From Mobilitalea sp. (lineage in GTDB: Bacteria; Bacillota; Clostridia; Lachnospirales; Lachnospiraceae), in assembly GCA_035270645.1 (NCBI GenBank), contig DATESP010000144.1:1-36883 (forward strand): 36,883 nucleotides of DNA, given 5' to 3'. Under the pieces are notes generated by a model. It worked only from the letters and a program-made list of their open reading frames with translations, did no database searches and was not told the DNA's origin. The position numbers and the translations under genes are program-made. Positions 8,570 to 17,583 of the stretch are shown here, in pieces; position 1 is the stretch's first letter; the number at the start of each line of letters is the position of its first letter.

Positions 8570-9142
8570 TTACACCAGCCCAGTCGTCTCTTCTACTTCT
8601 CGTAGAGCAAGAATCGTCTTCTCGAGTAATTCCTCAAGCTCCCACCCTAACTGTTTTGCACCATTCTCAATAACTTCCCTAGAACAGCCTGCAGCGAATT
8701 TAGGTGTCTTAAATTTCTTTCTCACAGAACTAAGTTCAAGATCCATCGTGCTCTTTGAAGGACGCATAATAGCCGCTGCTCCAATCAGTCCTGTAAGCTC
8801 ATCCACAGCATATAAGACCTTCTCCATCTCATGTTCCGGCTTTATATCGACACAGATTCCATAACCATGGCTAGCAGTGGCATGAATAATACTATCATCT
8901 AACCCGCGTTCCTTCATGATCTCCTGTGACTTTATGCAATGCTCCTGTGGATACATTCCAAAATCCAGATCATGTAATAATCCTACCAAACCCCAGAACT
9001 CCTCTTCTTCTCCATAACCTAACTCCCTTGCAAAATACTTCATAACGCCTTCAACTATACGGGCATGCTTCAAATGGAACTCTTCATGATTAAACTCCGT
9101 TAACAACTCCCAGGCTTCTTCCCTGGATGGTATCTTTCCCAT
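8570..9142 (-). CDS. HD-domain (HDIG) phosphohydrolase
   Basis: LKHARIVE...GLLHDLD, YAVDELTGLI, FAAGCSRE. Start ATG 9142 with GGAGG RBS. Confidence 0.85.
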   Translation of the reverse strand: MGKIPSREEAWELLTEFNHEEFHLKHARIVEGVMKYFARELGYGEEEEFWGLVGLLHDLDFGMYPQEHCIKSQEIMKERGLDDSIIHATASHGYGICVDIKPEHEMEKVLYAVDELTGLIGAAAIMRPSKSTMDLELSSVRKKFKTPKFAAGCSREVIENGAKQLGWELEELLEKTILALREVEETTGLV

Positions 9143-9223
9143 GTTATCACTCCTCCGTATTATTCTAAATCTATTTTTACAAATATACATCACATTACAA
9201 ATACACAGCACTAATTCACATTT

Positions 9224-9982
9224 CTACACTATTCCACCGATATCCTTTACAACCTCTCCCGCTATAATCAGTCCTGCCACAGAAGGCACGAAAGCGTTAC
9301 TGCCAGGAATCTGTCTCTTTACTGTGCATTTACTTTCCACACCGGGAGGACAAATACAACTTGATTTACAGCTTATGGACATATCCTCAAGCGGCTTACG
9401 CGCAGGCTCCTGTGAATACACTACCTTCAGTTTCTTTACACCTCTTACCTTAAGTTCCTTACGCATTACCTTAGCCAAGGGGCACACTGATGTCTTATAA
9501 ATATCTGTAACCTCAAATTTGGTAGGATCCAACTTGTTTCCAGCACCCATACAGCTGATGATTGGTATATTTTTCGCTTCAGCCTGTAGTACCATCTCTA
9601 TCTTCGCTGATACTGTATCAATTGCATCCACGATATAGGTATACTCAGAGAAGTCAAATTGATCCGCGGTTTCTGCGCTGTAGAAGCATTGATGAGTTCG
9701 TACTATTGCCTTCGGATTAATCTCCAGAATACGCTCCTTCATGACCTCGACCTTATATAGTCCAACCGTCTTCCTAGTGGCTATAATCTGTCGATTTATA
9801 TTCGTCAGACAGACCTTGTCGTCATCAATAAGGTCAATGCTGCCAACTCCGCTCCGTGCCAGTGCTTCAGCCGTATAACCGCCAACACCACCAATTCCAA
9901 ATACAGCTACTCGGGCTCTGTTAAGCTTTTCCATGCTTTCTCTGCCAAATAAAAGCTCGGTTCTCGAAAACTGGTTCAACAT
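9224..9982 (-). CDS. tcdA: tRNA threonylcarbamoyladenosine dehydratase (ThiF/E1-like)
   Basis: GIGGVG, DDDKVCLTNINRQ, DAIDT, SCMGAGNKLDP, CPLAKVMRKEL. Confidence 0.88.
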   Translation of the reverse strand: MLNQFSRTELLFGRESMEKLNRARVAVFGIGGVGGYTAEALARSGVGSIDLIDDDKVCLTNINRQIIATRKTVGLYKVEVMKERILEINPKAIVRTHQCFYSAETADQFDFSEYTYIVDAIDTVSAKIEMVLQAEAKNIPIISCMGAGNKLDPTKFEVTDIYKTSVCPLAKVMRKELKVRGVKKLKVVYSQEPARKPLEDMSISCKSSCICPPGVESKCTVKRQIPGSNAFVPSVAGLIIAGEVVKDIGGIV

Positions 9983-10824
9983 GTGTCCCCTCCCTTCGTA
10001 TCATAATCCTCCAAGAAATTATATGACTTGCTTTCATCATGATATCCAATGATTGTACTTAGATTCACATCATGGATACTCCTAAAAATATTTATATCAA
10101 TGTATGGACTTGTCTGTCTGAATTTATTGATAAGTATCTTCATCTCCTGCCGTTTAGAGAACCCTCCCCCATCAGCATAGAGCGAATTGTTTTCCGTCAC
10201 ACGACAGGCACACTGAATGAATTGCAATTCATTATAGCCCATCCATGCTAGTATATCAGCCTCTTTCACCATATACAACGGTCGAATAAGCTCCATCCCA
10301 GGATGATTCGTACTATGGAGTTTTGGCATCATCGTCTGAATTTGCCCGCCATACAGCATTCCCATCAATACTGTCTCTATAACATCATCAAAATGATGAC
10401 CTAGTGCAATCTTATTGCACCCTAATTCCCTAGCTTTCTTATACAGATAGCCTCTGCGCATCCTTGCACAACGATAACAGGGAGCACTGTCCATATCTGC
10501 AACAACATCAAATATCTGAGTCTCAAACATTGTTATAGGTATATTTAAAATCTTTGCATTATTTATAGTAGTCTGTTTGTTAATCTCATTATAGCCAGGA
10601 TTCATAACTAAAAATACCAGTTCAAAGGGTATCTTTCCATGGCATTGTATCTCCTGCATACATTTTGCAAGCAGCATAGAGTCCTTGCCACCGGATATAC
10701 ATACGGCTATCTTGTCATTCTCCTTGATTAATTCATATTTATTAATTGCATCTATAAACCGCGACCAAATTGGCTTTCTGAATTTAGTAATTATGCTTCT
10801 TTCTATTTTCTGATATCGTTCCAT
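9976..10824 (-). CDS. TtcA-family tRNA thiolase (PP-loop ATPase)
   Basis: SGGKDS PP-loop, CYRCARMRRG, ALGHHFDD, LIRPL, CAC; overlaps the tcdA start. Confidence 0.85.
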   Translation of the reverse strand: MERYQKIERSIITKFRKPIWSRFIDAINKYELIKENDKIAVCISGGKDSMLLAKCMQEIQCHGKIPFELVFLVMNPGYNEINKQTTINNAKILNIPITMFETQIFDVVADMDSAPCYRCARMRRGYLYKKARELGCNKIALGHHFDDVIETVLMGMLYGGQIQTMMPKLHSTNHPGMELIRPLYMVKEADILAWMGYNELQFIQCACRVTENNSLYADGGGFSKRQEMKILINKFRQTSPYIDINIFRSIHDVNLSTIIGYHDESKSYNFLEDYDTKGGDTC

Positions 10825-10865
10825 GCTAACCTCGATTTCTACCCATTGAAATAGTGTCTTTGATC

Positions 10866-10982
10866 GTAACTGTTCAGTGCCTTCGCAGTTACATTTGCAC
10901 TACAAAATGGATAGAATACATCCATTTTGGCGCTGACTCACTCGAATCCACTGCGTGATTCTCGGGGGTTCTGAATAGTTAC
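10866..10982. mobile_element. 117-bp MITE-like element, subtype A, copy 1
   Basis: TIRs GTAACTGTTCAG/CTGAATAGTTAC; flanks CTTTGATC/CTTAGATC (8-bp TSD, 1 mismatch); near-identical reverse complement of 35221-35353. Confidence 0.88.
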
Positions 10983-11108
10983 CTTAGATCTATACATTGC
11001 CCGAATCATCTGTAACTCGTCAAGAATAGCGACTGAAGATAAAGGCTTAGGGTTATTTATCAATAATACCCCGCTTTATGCGGAAAGCGGGGTATTTGCT
11101 ACTGAAAT

Positions 11109-11168
11109 ATTATAAATCGTAATCCCTTTGATGTCAATGTAATATAAGACTGCATCAATGTAATATAA
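11109..11168 (-). promoter_or_regulatory. Consensus SigA promoter of the ttcA-like operon with tandem 14-bp direct repeats
   Basis: TTGACA-17-TATAAT (11137-11109); TCAATGTAATATAA at 11134 and 11155 (21-bp period). Confidence 0.75.
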
Positions 11169-11204
11169 CAAACGGCTGTCCATATGCTAATGCACAGGAC
11201 AGCC
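11165..11204 (-). terminator. Rubredoxin terminator
   Basis: GGCTGTCC/GGACAGCC stem just after the stop, then a T-rich tail on the minus strand. Confidence 0.55.
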
Positions 11205-11211
11205 ATAGTAT

Positions 11212-11373
11212 TTATTGAACAGCTTCAAATTGATCTTTACCAACTCCACAAACAGGGCAAACCCAATCCTCAGGTACATCTTCCCATTTTGTTCCCGGTG
11301 CTATTCCACCGTCTGGATCGCCAAGATCTTCATCGTAAATATAACCACATGCTGTGCATTCGAATTTCTTCAT
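11212..11373 (-). CDS. Rubredoxin
   Basis: [14 protein letters not shown]...[22 protein letters not shown]; two CxxC motifs; GGAGG RBS. Confidence 0.96.
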   Translation of the reverse strand: MKKFECTACGYIYDEDLGDPDGGIAPGTKWEDVPEDWVCPVCGVGKDQFEAVQ

Positions 11374-11614
11374 ATCATAACCTCCATCTTTTAGTAGTGT
11401 TAGCATACTCTCACACTATTATGTATACCACAATCTAGCAATAATCTCAACCACAAAATGATCCAAAGGAGAAATTGAAGGAGAAATACAAAGAGAAAAT
11501 ACTAATTACAAACTTATAATATTATGTTATAATAATTTATGTCAGAAGAACCAAAGTCTTCTATTTATTATTACATAATGAAGGCATTATATGACGGAAA
11601 AGGAGGTAAGATTT

Positions 11615-11803
11615 ATGAAGGCTACAATAGATCATGATGGCTGTATAGGTTGCGGGCTCTGTGCAGATACCTGCCCAGAAGTGTTCCGTATGGACGATGA
11701 TGGATTGGCTGAAGTTTATACCGATCCGGTTCCTGCCAGTTCAGAGGATTCAGCAACAGAAGCTGCAGACGGATGCCCTGTTGGCGTGATAACAGTAGAA
11801 TAA
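11615..11803 (+). CDS. Single-cluster [4Fe-4S] ferredoxin
   Basis: CIGCGLCADTCPEVF...GCPVGVI; AGGAGG RBS before ATG 11615. Confidence 0.93.
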   Translation: MKATIDHDGCIGCGLCADTCPEVFRMDDDGLAEVYTDPVPASSEDSATEAADGCPVGVITVE

Positions 11804-11835
11804 AGATGCTATTCTTAATTTAAAGAATCTCGTAG

Positions 11836-11930
11836 TATGCTCCCCTTTTGATAGACAGTAAAATAATCCCGTATGCCTCTAGCTAAGATTAATTGCTGAG
11901 ATACATACTGTCAATCATAAGGAGGGCATA
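11836..11930. mobile_element. Miniature element with IS3-like ends, family C, copy 1
   Basis: 25-bp inverted repeat TATGCTCCCCTTTTGATAGACAGTA / TACTGTCAATCATAAGGAGGGCATA (21/25 paired); the same ends occur at 17489-17548. Confidence 0.65.
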
Positions 11931-11987
11931 TATTATACCTTACAAAATTGTGCGTTATCTTAATGCAAACATAGTTTACATTAGAGG

Positions 11988-13238
11988 CTATATCATTCTC
12001 ATTACAGCTGTTATTCTCATCTCACTGTTTACATTTTCTGCATATATATCGCCATCCATCTTCATCATCAACTGACGGCAAATGTACAATCCCAGACCAT
12101 TTCCACTATTTCCCTTCACATTTGATCCACGCCAGAAGCTTTCGAAGATAAATGGCAGTTCATTCTCACTTAAAGAGCAACCGCTGTTAGCAACCGTAAT
12201 AAGACGGCAGTCCTCCTCTCTGGAAATCATAATTCTTATATACCTACCATCTCCATACTTAATTGCATTTTCAATAATATTCTGGAGAACTTCAATAGCT
12301 CTGTTAATATCTCCCTTAATCAGACAGTTACCATATTTCTCAATTTTATAATCTATATTCATAAATGATAATTTTTCTGAATAATATGAGTTTATTTTCT
12401 GCATCAGTTCTTTCAAGTAGAACTCAGAATTATTCACTTCGAGCTTAAGGAAATCCTCACTAGAGGCCTTAATTATCTGCGACACAAAGTCCTCGATTTC
12501 ATCCGCTGATTTACCGATTTTTTCAGCTATCTCTATACGTTTTTCTTCGCTATCATACAGATTTCTGATTAATGCCTTAGAATATAGCTTAATAGCACTT
12601 AATGGTGTCTTAATATCATGAGAAATTGACAGGACCAGTGTTTTTTTCTCCTTCTGTAAGGTAAGCTCTTTACCCTTCTCCTCCTCTAGATGCTCGCGAA
12701 GAAGGTCAAGCCCCCACACAAACCTCCCAAAAAAATGACTTTTATTTTCTTTTAGACCTGCGGTCAGATTTCCCTTTGATAGTTCAAAGGGTACTTCCTT
12801 AATTCTCTGGAACGGCTTAATCAGCTTCGCCCTCATATAAACAAGTAATATCAAAACAACAAACGCCATAACAACAGTACTAATATTGACAACTAACCTG
12901 ATATTCCTGTGCTCATTATAAAGCTGGATTTGGTAATCAAACCGATAATATACTCCATTGATATTCTTTATCACATAATCGCTGAGGTCACCTTCAAAAA
13001 ATAATTTTTGATCCATATCCTTTTTCATCATGGTTATCTTTGTAATACAGCTGAATTTATCAATATCAATGCTCTCTATGCCATTTATTTCGATTTCTTT
13101 CTGTAAGCGGTTGATTTCTACACGGTACCCTCTCCCGCTTTCATTATGAAACATCGAGGAAAGATAAACATTAATCCCGATTATAATTACAGTAAGTAGT
13201 ATTATAATCTTCGCAAATAAACGATTAAAGCTCTTCAT
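11988..13238 (-). CDS. Sensor histidine kinase
   Basis: Two TM segments, H-box SISHDIKTPL, NIIENAIKY, GNGLGL. Start ATG 13238. Confidence 0.92.
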   Translation of the reverse strand: MKSFNRLFAKIIILLTVIIIGINVYLSSMFHNESGRGYRVEINRLQKEIEINGIESIDIDKFSCITKITMMKKDMDQKLFFEGDLSDYVIKNINGVYYRFDYQIQLYNEHRNIRLVVNISTVVMAFVVLILLVYMRAKLIKPFQRIKEVPFELSKGNLTAGLKENKSHFFGRFVWGLDLLREHLEEEKGKELTLQKEKKTLVLSISHDIKTPLSAIKLYSKALIRNLYDSEEKRIEIAEKIGKSADEIEDFVSQIIKASSEDFLKLEVNNSEFYLKELMQKINSYYSEKLSFMNIDYKIEKYGNCLIKGDINRAIEVLQNIIENAIKYGDGRYIRIMISREEDCRLITVANSGCSLSENELPFIFESFWRGSNVKGNSGNGLGLYICRQLMMKMDGDIYAENVNSEMRITAVMRMI

Positions 13239-13341
13239 TCCCTCACCTGTTTCCATTCGCTATTTTTAATACATAAAATAAACAGTATTCATGTCCTGCA
13301 TTCGTGAAGCTCTAACTACTTAAGTAATGAGACATGGTTAC

Positions 13342-14004
13342 TTATTCAAATCGGTATCCTACCCCCCAGACGGTAATGATTCGTTTCGGGTTCTTAGGAT
13401 CTTTCTCTATTTTCTCCCTAATCCATTTTATATGTACAGTAAGGGTTTGTGGCTCACTAAAGCTGTCAAAACCCCATATCTTATTAAAAATCCAATCTTT
13501 TTTCAGTGTCTTGCACTTGTTCTCCATCAATAGGTGTAACAGGTCAAACTCTTTTGCTGTTAAATCCAGCTCTTTGCTATTGCAGTATGCAATTCTGCGT
13601 GATATTTCGAGCTTAAGATTATCATCTATAAGTATATCAGTGTCATACCTACGTTTAAGGATTCCTTTAATTTTAGCAATGAGAATATCAATATCATAGG
13701 GTTTCTCTATATAATCATCGGCTCCCAATATTAAACCGGCAAGTTTATCTTCCTTTGCTACCTTTGCGCTGACTATGATGACTGGCGTATTATGTTCCTC
13801 CCTAACTTTACTACATACCGCAAAACCATCTATTCCAGGAAGCATAATATCTAGCACAATAAGTCGTACAGGCTCCTTTTCAAAAAGCTCAAGTGCGTCT
13901 TCTCCACTTTCAGCAAGACACACACTATAGCCTTCTTCCTCTAGAAAATCACAGAGGATACCCCCGAGCTCTTTATTATCCTCCACAATCAGAATATCAG
14001 TCAT
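13342..14004 (-). CDS. OmpR-family response regulator
   Basis: LIVED, LDIMLP, GADDYIEKP, winged helix LTVHIKWIREK...TVWGVGYRF. Confidence 0.95.
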   Translation of the reverse strand: MTDILIVEDNKELGGILCDFLEEEGYSVCLAESGEDALELFEKEPVRLIVLDIMLPGIDGFAVCSKVREEHNTPVIIVSAKVAKEDKLAGLILGADDYIEKPYDIDILIAKIKGILKRRYDTDILIDDNLKLEISRRIAYCNSKELDLTAKEFDLLHLLMENKCKTLKKDWIFNKIWGFDSFSEPQTLTVHIKWIREKIEKDPKNPKRIITVWGVGYRFE

Positions 14005-14043
14005 CTCTGTCTCCCCCTGTACTATCTGTATACTTCAAATCAA

Positions 14044-14811
14044 TTACCAGCCCATCTCCATCAACCAGTTATTCAAAGCACGTTCTCTCTCCATGATTTT
14101 ACAATCACTGGATAACTCACTAAAATTATACTCCCCACGGATATTACCGTCAACTATATACATCACCTTAGTACACTTGGCGGCTACTTTTACATCATGA
14201 GTAACCAGCATAATCGTGGTTCCCTCACTATTAATTCTCGCCAGTTCTGCCATGACATCATCAGATGCTGTTCTATTTAAAGAACCAGTTGGTTCATCAG
14301 CAAAAATCATCTTTGGCTTATTGATCATACTTCGGCAGATACATGCACGTTGAAGCTGTCCTCCTGAGACTTCGTTTATATCATTATCCACAATGTCTAT
14401 GATACCCAGTTTGCGCATTAGATCCTGTCCTCCCTGAACAATCTCACTCCTGCTTCTCCTGTTTTTCTTTGACTCGCAAGCAGGAAGAATGATATTGTCA
14501 AGTATAGTTAGATTTCGTAACATATACATCTTTTGAAAAATAAACCCCATGTCATCGAGCCTGATGTTAGCAAGTTCTTTTGAGCTTAAATTACTGATTT
14601 CCTTTCCAAAGAACTCAACTGTTCCTGCCATAGCATTATCCATACCCGAGACCGTATATAAAAGCGTAGACTTTCCTGAACCAGACGGCCCCATGATCGC
14701 TACCATTTCACCTTCACTAATGCTAAAATTTACATTTTTCAATACATTATTCTGTATTTTGTTCACAATATATGTTTTACACAAATCCTTAACTTCTAAT
14801 ACACTGTTCAT
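14044..14811 (-). CDS. ABC exporter ATP-binding protein (LolD/MacB-like)
   Basis: GPSGSGKST, VSGGQLQR, FADEPTG, VTHD. Start ATG 14811 with GGAGG RBS. Confidence 0.92.
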   Translation of the reverse strand: MNSVLEVKDLCKTYIVNKIQNNVLKNVNFSISEGEMVAIMGPSGSGKSTLLYTVSGMDNAMAGTVEFFGKEISNLSSKELANIRLDDMGFIFQKMYMLRNLTILDNIILPACESKKNRRSRSEIVQGGQDLMRKLGIIDIVDNDINEVSGGQLQRACICRSMINKPKMIFADEPTGSLNRTASDDVMAELARINSEGTTIMLVTHDVKVAAKCTKVMYIVDGNIRGEYNFSELSSDCKIMERERALNNWLMEMGW

Positions 14812-14952
14812 AATAACCTCCATCTGCCGCTTCAGCGACTTACATTTCTTTAGCAAAAACATATTCTGTGCTTTTCTTTTCAGCCTAATTACCATACTTT
14901 TAAAGTTACATGCACTATTAAATATTAGTTAATCTCATATACTCGCTACATT

Positions 14953-17319
14953 TTATTCGATGTTATTGGTCTCCTGTACAGAGATATTTATAATCTGTGC
15001 TGCAGCAATTATGCTTGCAAGCATCGCCATAATAAAGATAGTCAATGGATAGATTACATATACCTCCAATGGCTTTATCACAAATTTCATATTGGTTCCA
15101 CCCATCATCTCAAATACCTTAGCCGTAGAAATCTGCGCAATTGGATTGGAAAGTAGTATCGCAAGCAATGTTGAAATGATCATAATAATGCCTATTCGAA
15201 GAATCTGCCATTTTATAATGGCTGAATTACAAAATCCAATGCTTTTCAACATTCCTATCTCTCCCTTTTCTTTTGTGATAAAGGATTTTACCATAAGCAC
15301 CGAGACAAGCATATTAATGATTATAATGACTGCAACAATAATCCCCTTTACATCGTTAAGCTGTCCTGAGACATCTCCAGTCATCTCATTTACATATTCT
15401 CCACCGGTATATACATTGAAATCCGGAAACAGCTCCTTCATCTCGTCAAACCGTTTTTGTACTCTTTCCTTCGACGGATTGTCATTATACTTAATCTGAA
15501 GTGCAAAGCCTGCAAAGGCATATTTATAGTCAACCTCAGCTTTTTCATGAAAGCGTATGCCTTCACCCATATTATTCATGGACTGATAAAGGCCCGTAAC
15601 AATAAAATCATTCTTTGATTCACCATTTTTTATCTTTACCGTATCACCAATTTTTGCTCCTACCTTATCTGCAGTAAGCTGACTAAGAGCAACTTCATTC
15701 TCGTACTCTGGTGGCTGCCCCTTAGTATATGTGTACTGATCAGCTGTCGTACCATTACCCTGTAAAGAAAAAGAAATAAAGCTTAAGCTTTCTTTCGAAA
15801 TAGCTATTTTAAAAGCCATCTCACAGTAGACTGTGGCATCAATTCCATTATCCTTAAGCTTCATTTGCATATCAGGAAGATATTCTTCTATGTAATCACG
15901 ACCATCCTTTATGAATTTATTCTGCTGTCCTTCATTGGTCAGATATACATCAGACTCTACCATTCCAAACATTGTAACCATCTGATTACTGTTCATGGTG
16001 TTTATCGTGTTCAGAGGCTCAATAATAAGAATAATGCCTAGAGTAAATGTCAGTATAAGTGCTCCGAATTTCTTTGGCTCGCTTAAAATATCGTTCCATG
16101 CCATATATACAATGGCTGCGCCTCTGCTCCTACTTAATCGAAGAAATCCCTTTTTCTTATACCGTTCTCCATTAGAACCATTTCTGATAGCCTCTACCGG
16201 TGAAAACTTATTTACTTTACGAGTACAGAAATAGCAAAACAATACAATAATAATAATTATCAACCCTGAAAATATCAGATTAATAAATAGACCATTTTCA
16301 TTTGTTATAATGATGTTCTTTGACACCTTATTGATTAGCATACTTCCAAAAGGAATGCTACAAATAAAACCTATGGCAGAACCCATAATCGATATTGCCA
16401 AGTATTTAATTATATATAGTCCCCTGATTTTTCTCTCCCCAATACCGATTGCCTTCATTATACCGATTTCACGATACTCTTCACTCAAGGTAAACACTAT
16501 GGTGAACCTTAATATAAGCATTGAAATAAGGATTAGGCAGACGCTGACGATTAGTAAAAGTCCTGCAATCATCATATCCATGATATAGGTTGTCGAAACT
16601 AATTTCTGATTACAGGAAGCAATAACATTAAATCCCATCTGGTTATAATTCTTTTCCAGCTGATTTAGATCTGAGGTATTGACTGAATACATATTTCCGC
16701 AAGACAGCTCGGTATTAGCCCTGATTTTCTTATAATCATTATCACTTATTATGAATCTTGAAACACCCATCATGGTTGAACCTAATAACGCATCCTTACA
16801 GCTGCCGCTTATAGTATAATCTATATGAAGGTCCCCCTCCGAAAAGGTAATGACATCTCCAACGTTCAAGTCATTATCCTCCATCAGTCTAGTCGGTATA
16901 TAGATCTCTCCATCCTTCATATCTACAATCTCATTATTATGTTTATCAAAAAATTTCTGCTGCTGAATATTGATACTGCTAAGGATAACTGTTGTTGCCA
17001 GAGAAAATTTATTACCATTACTTAAGCTCAAGTTATCATCTGTAATATATAAATTCTCATCCTGTGACCAGCTTTCCACATTACTATCATTTTTGAGAAA
17101 ATTTATAATGGCAGCATCATTTTCCTTATCCTGCAAGGTTATAATTGTTAAATCTTTTAGATCTGCTTTCTCAAAATAGCTTTCCATTGCTGTCGAAATA
17201 GAGATTAGATTATTCATGCTACTTGCAATAAAAGTACTTGCCAGGATTATAAATAGGAGCAGAATTATATTCATTGTCTTTTTCTGTTTTAAATCTTTTT
17301 TCAGTATTCTTAAATACAT
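14953..17319 (-). CDS. ABC exporter permease with two FtsX-like domains
   Basis: REIGIMKAIG and GEIGMLKSIG FtsX motifs, many TM segments, two extracytoplasmic domains. Start ATG 17319. Confidence 0.9.
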   Translation of the reverse strand: MYLRILKKDLKQKKTMNIILLLFIILASTFIASSMNNLISISTAMESYFEKADLKDLTIITLQDKENDAAIINFLKNDSNVESWSQDENLYITDDNLSLSNGNKFSLATTVILSSINIQQQKFFDKHNNEIVDMKDGEIYIPTRLMEDNDLNVGDVITFSEGDLHIDYTISGSCKDALLGSTMMGVSRFIISDNDYKKIRANTELSCGNMYSVNTSDLNQLEKNYNQMGFNVIASCNQKLVSTTYIMDMMIAGLLLIVSVCLILISMLILRFTIVFTLSEEYREIGIMKAIGIGERKIRGLYIIKYLAISIMGSAIGFICSIPFGSMLINKVSKNIIITNENGLFINLIFSGLIIIIIVLFCYFCTRKVNKFSPVEAIRNGSNGERYKKKGFLRLSRSRGAAIVYMAWNDILSEPKKFGALILTFTLGIILIIEPLNTINTMNSNQMVTMFGMVESDVYLTNEGQQNKFIKDGRDYIEEYLPDMQMKLKDNGIDATVYCEMAFKIAISKESLSFISFSLQGNGTTADQYTYTKGQPPEYENEVALSQLTADKVGAKIGDTVKIKNGESKNDFIVTGLYQSMNNMGEGIRFHEKAEVDYKYAFAGFALQIKYNDNPSKERVQKRFDEMKELFPDFNVYTGGEYVNEMTGDVSGQLNDVKGIIVAVIIIINMLVSVLMVKSFITKEKGEIGMLKSIGFCNSAIIKWQILRIGIIMIISTLLAILLSNPIAQISTAKVFEMMGGTNMKFVIKPLEVYVIYPLTIFIMAMLASIIAAAQIINISVQETNNIE

Positions 17320-17364
17320 TTTGGTACCCCTTCCATTCATTTGTTTGAGAATACCATCTAAATT

Positions 17365-17381
17365 ATTAAATAATCCTTAAA
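17365..17381 (-). promoter_or_regulatory. Putative OmpR-type binding site for the ABC/two-component operon
   Basis: TTTAAG-N5-TTTAAT direct repeat (11-bp period) upstream of an extended -10 like TGGTATTCT. Confidence 0.4.
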
Positions 17382-17407
17382 TACAAGATACATTTTAATA
17401 TTTATAT

Positions 17408-17479
17408 AATGTCGGCCTGCAGACATTTTATTAAGCATGTATTTGAAAATCCAAGCCTTGCAGACATTTTATGAATCAT
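17408..17479. repeat. Two tandem degenerate family D palindromes
   Basis: AATGTCGGCCTGCAGACATTTTAT and GCCTTGCAGACATTTTATGAATCAT; similar to 2955-2988. Confidence 0.55.
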
Positions 17480-17488
17480 AAAACAAAA

Positions 17489-17548
17489 ATGCCCCACCTT
17501 ATGATAGACAATTTCTATAATATAAACTGTCAATCATAAGGGGAGCAT
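17489..17548. mobile_element. Miniature element with IS3-like ends, family C, copy 2 (may also terminate xylA)
   Basis: ATGCCCCACCTTATGATAGACA...TGTCAATCATAAGGGGAGCAT inverted repeat; same orientation as copy 1. Confidence 0.65.
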
Positions 17549-17583
17549 ATTAATTAATGCTTATTACTACTATATTAATATTA

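Noticed and set aside
11893-12075. 60-aa plus-strand ORF
   Set aside because: Starts within the family C repeat, runs antisense into the kinase, and has no RBS.
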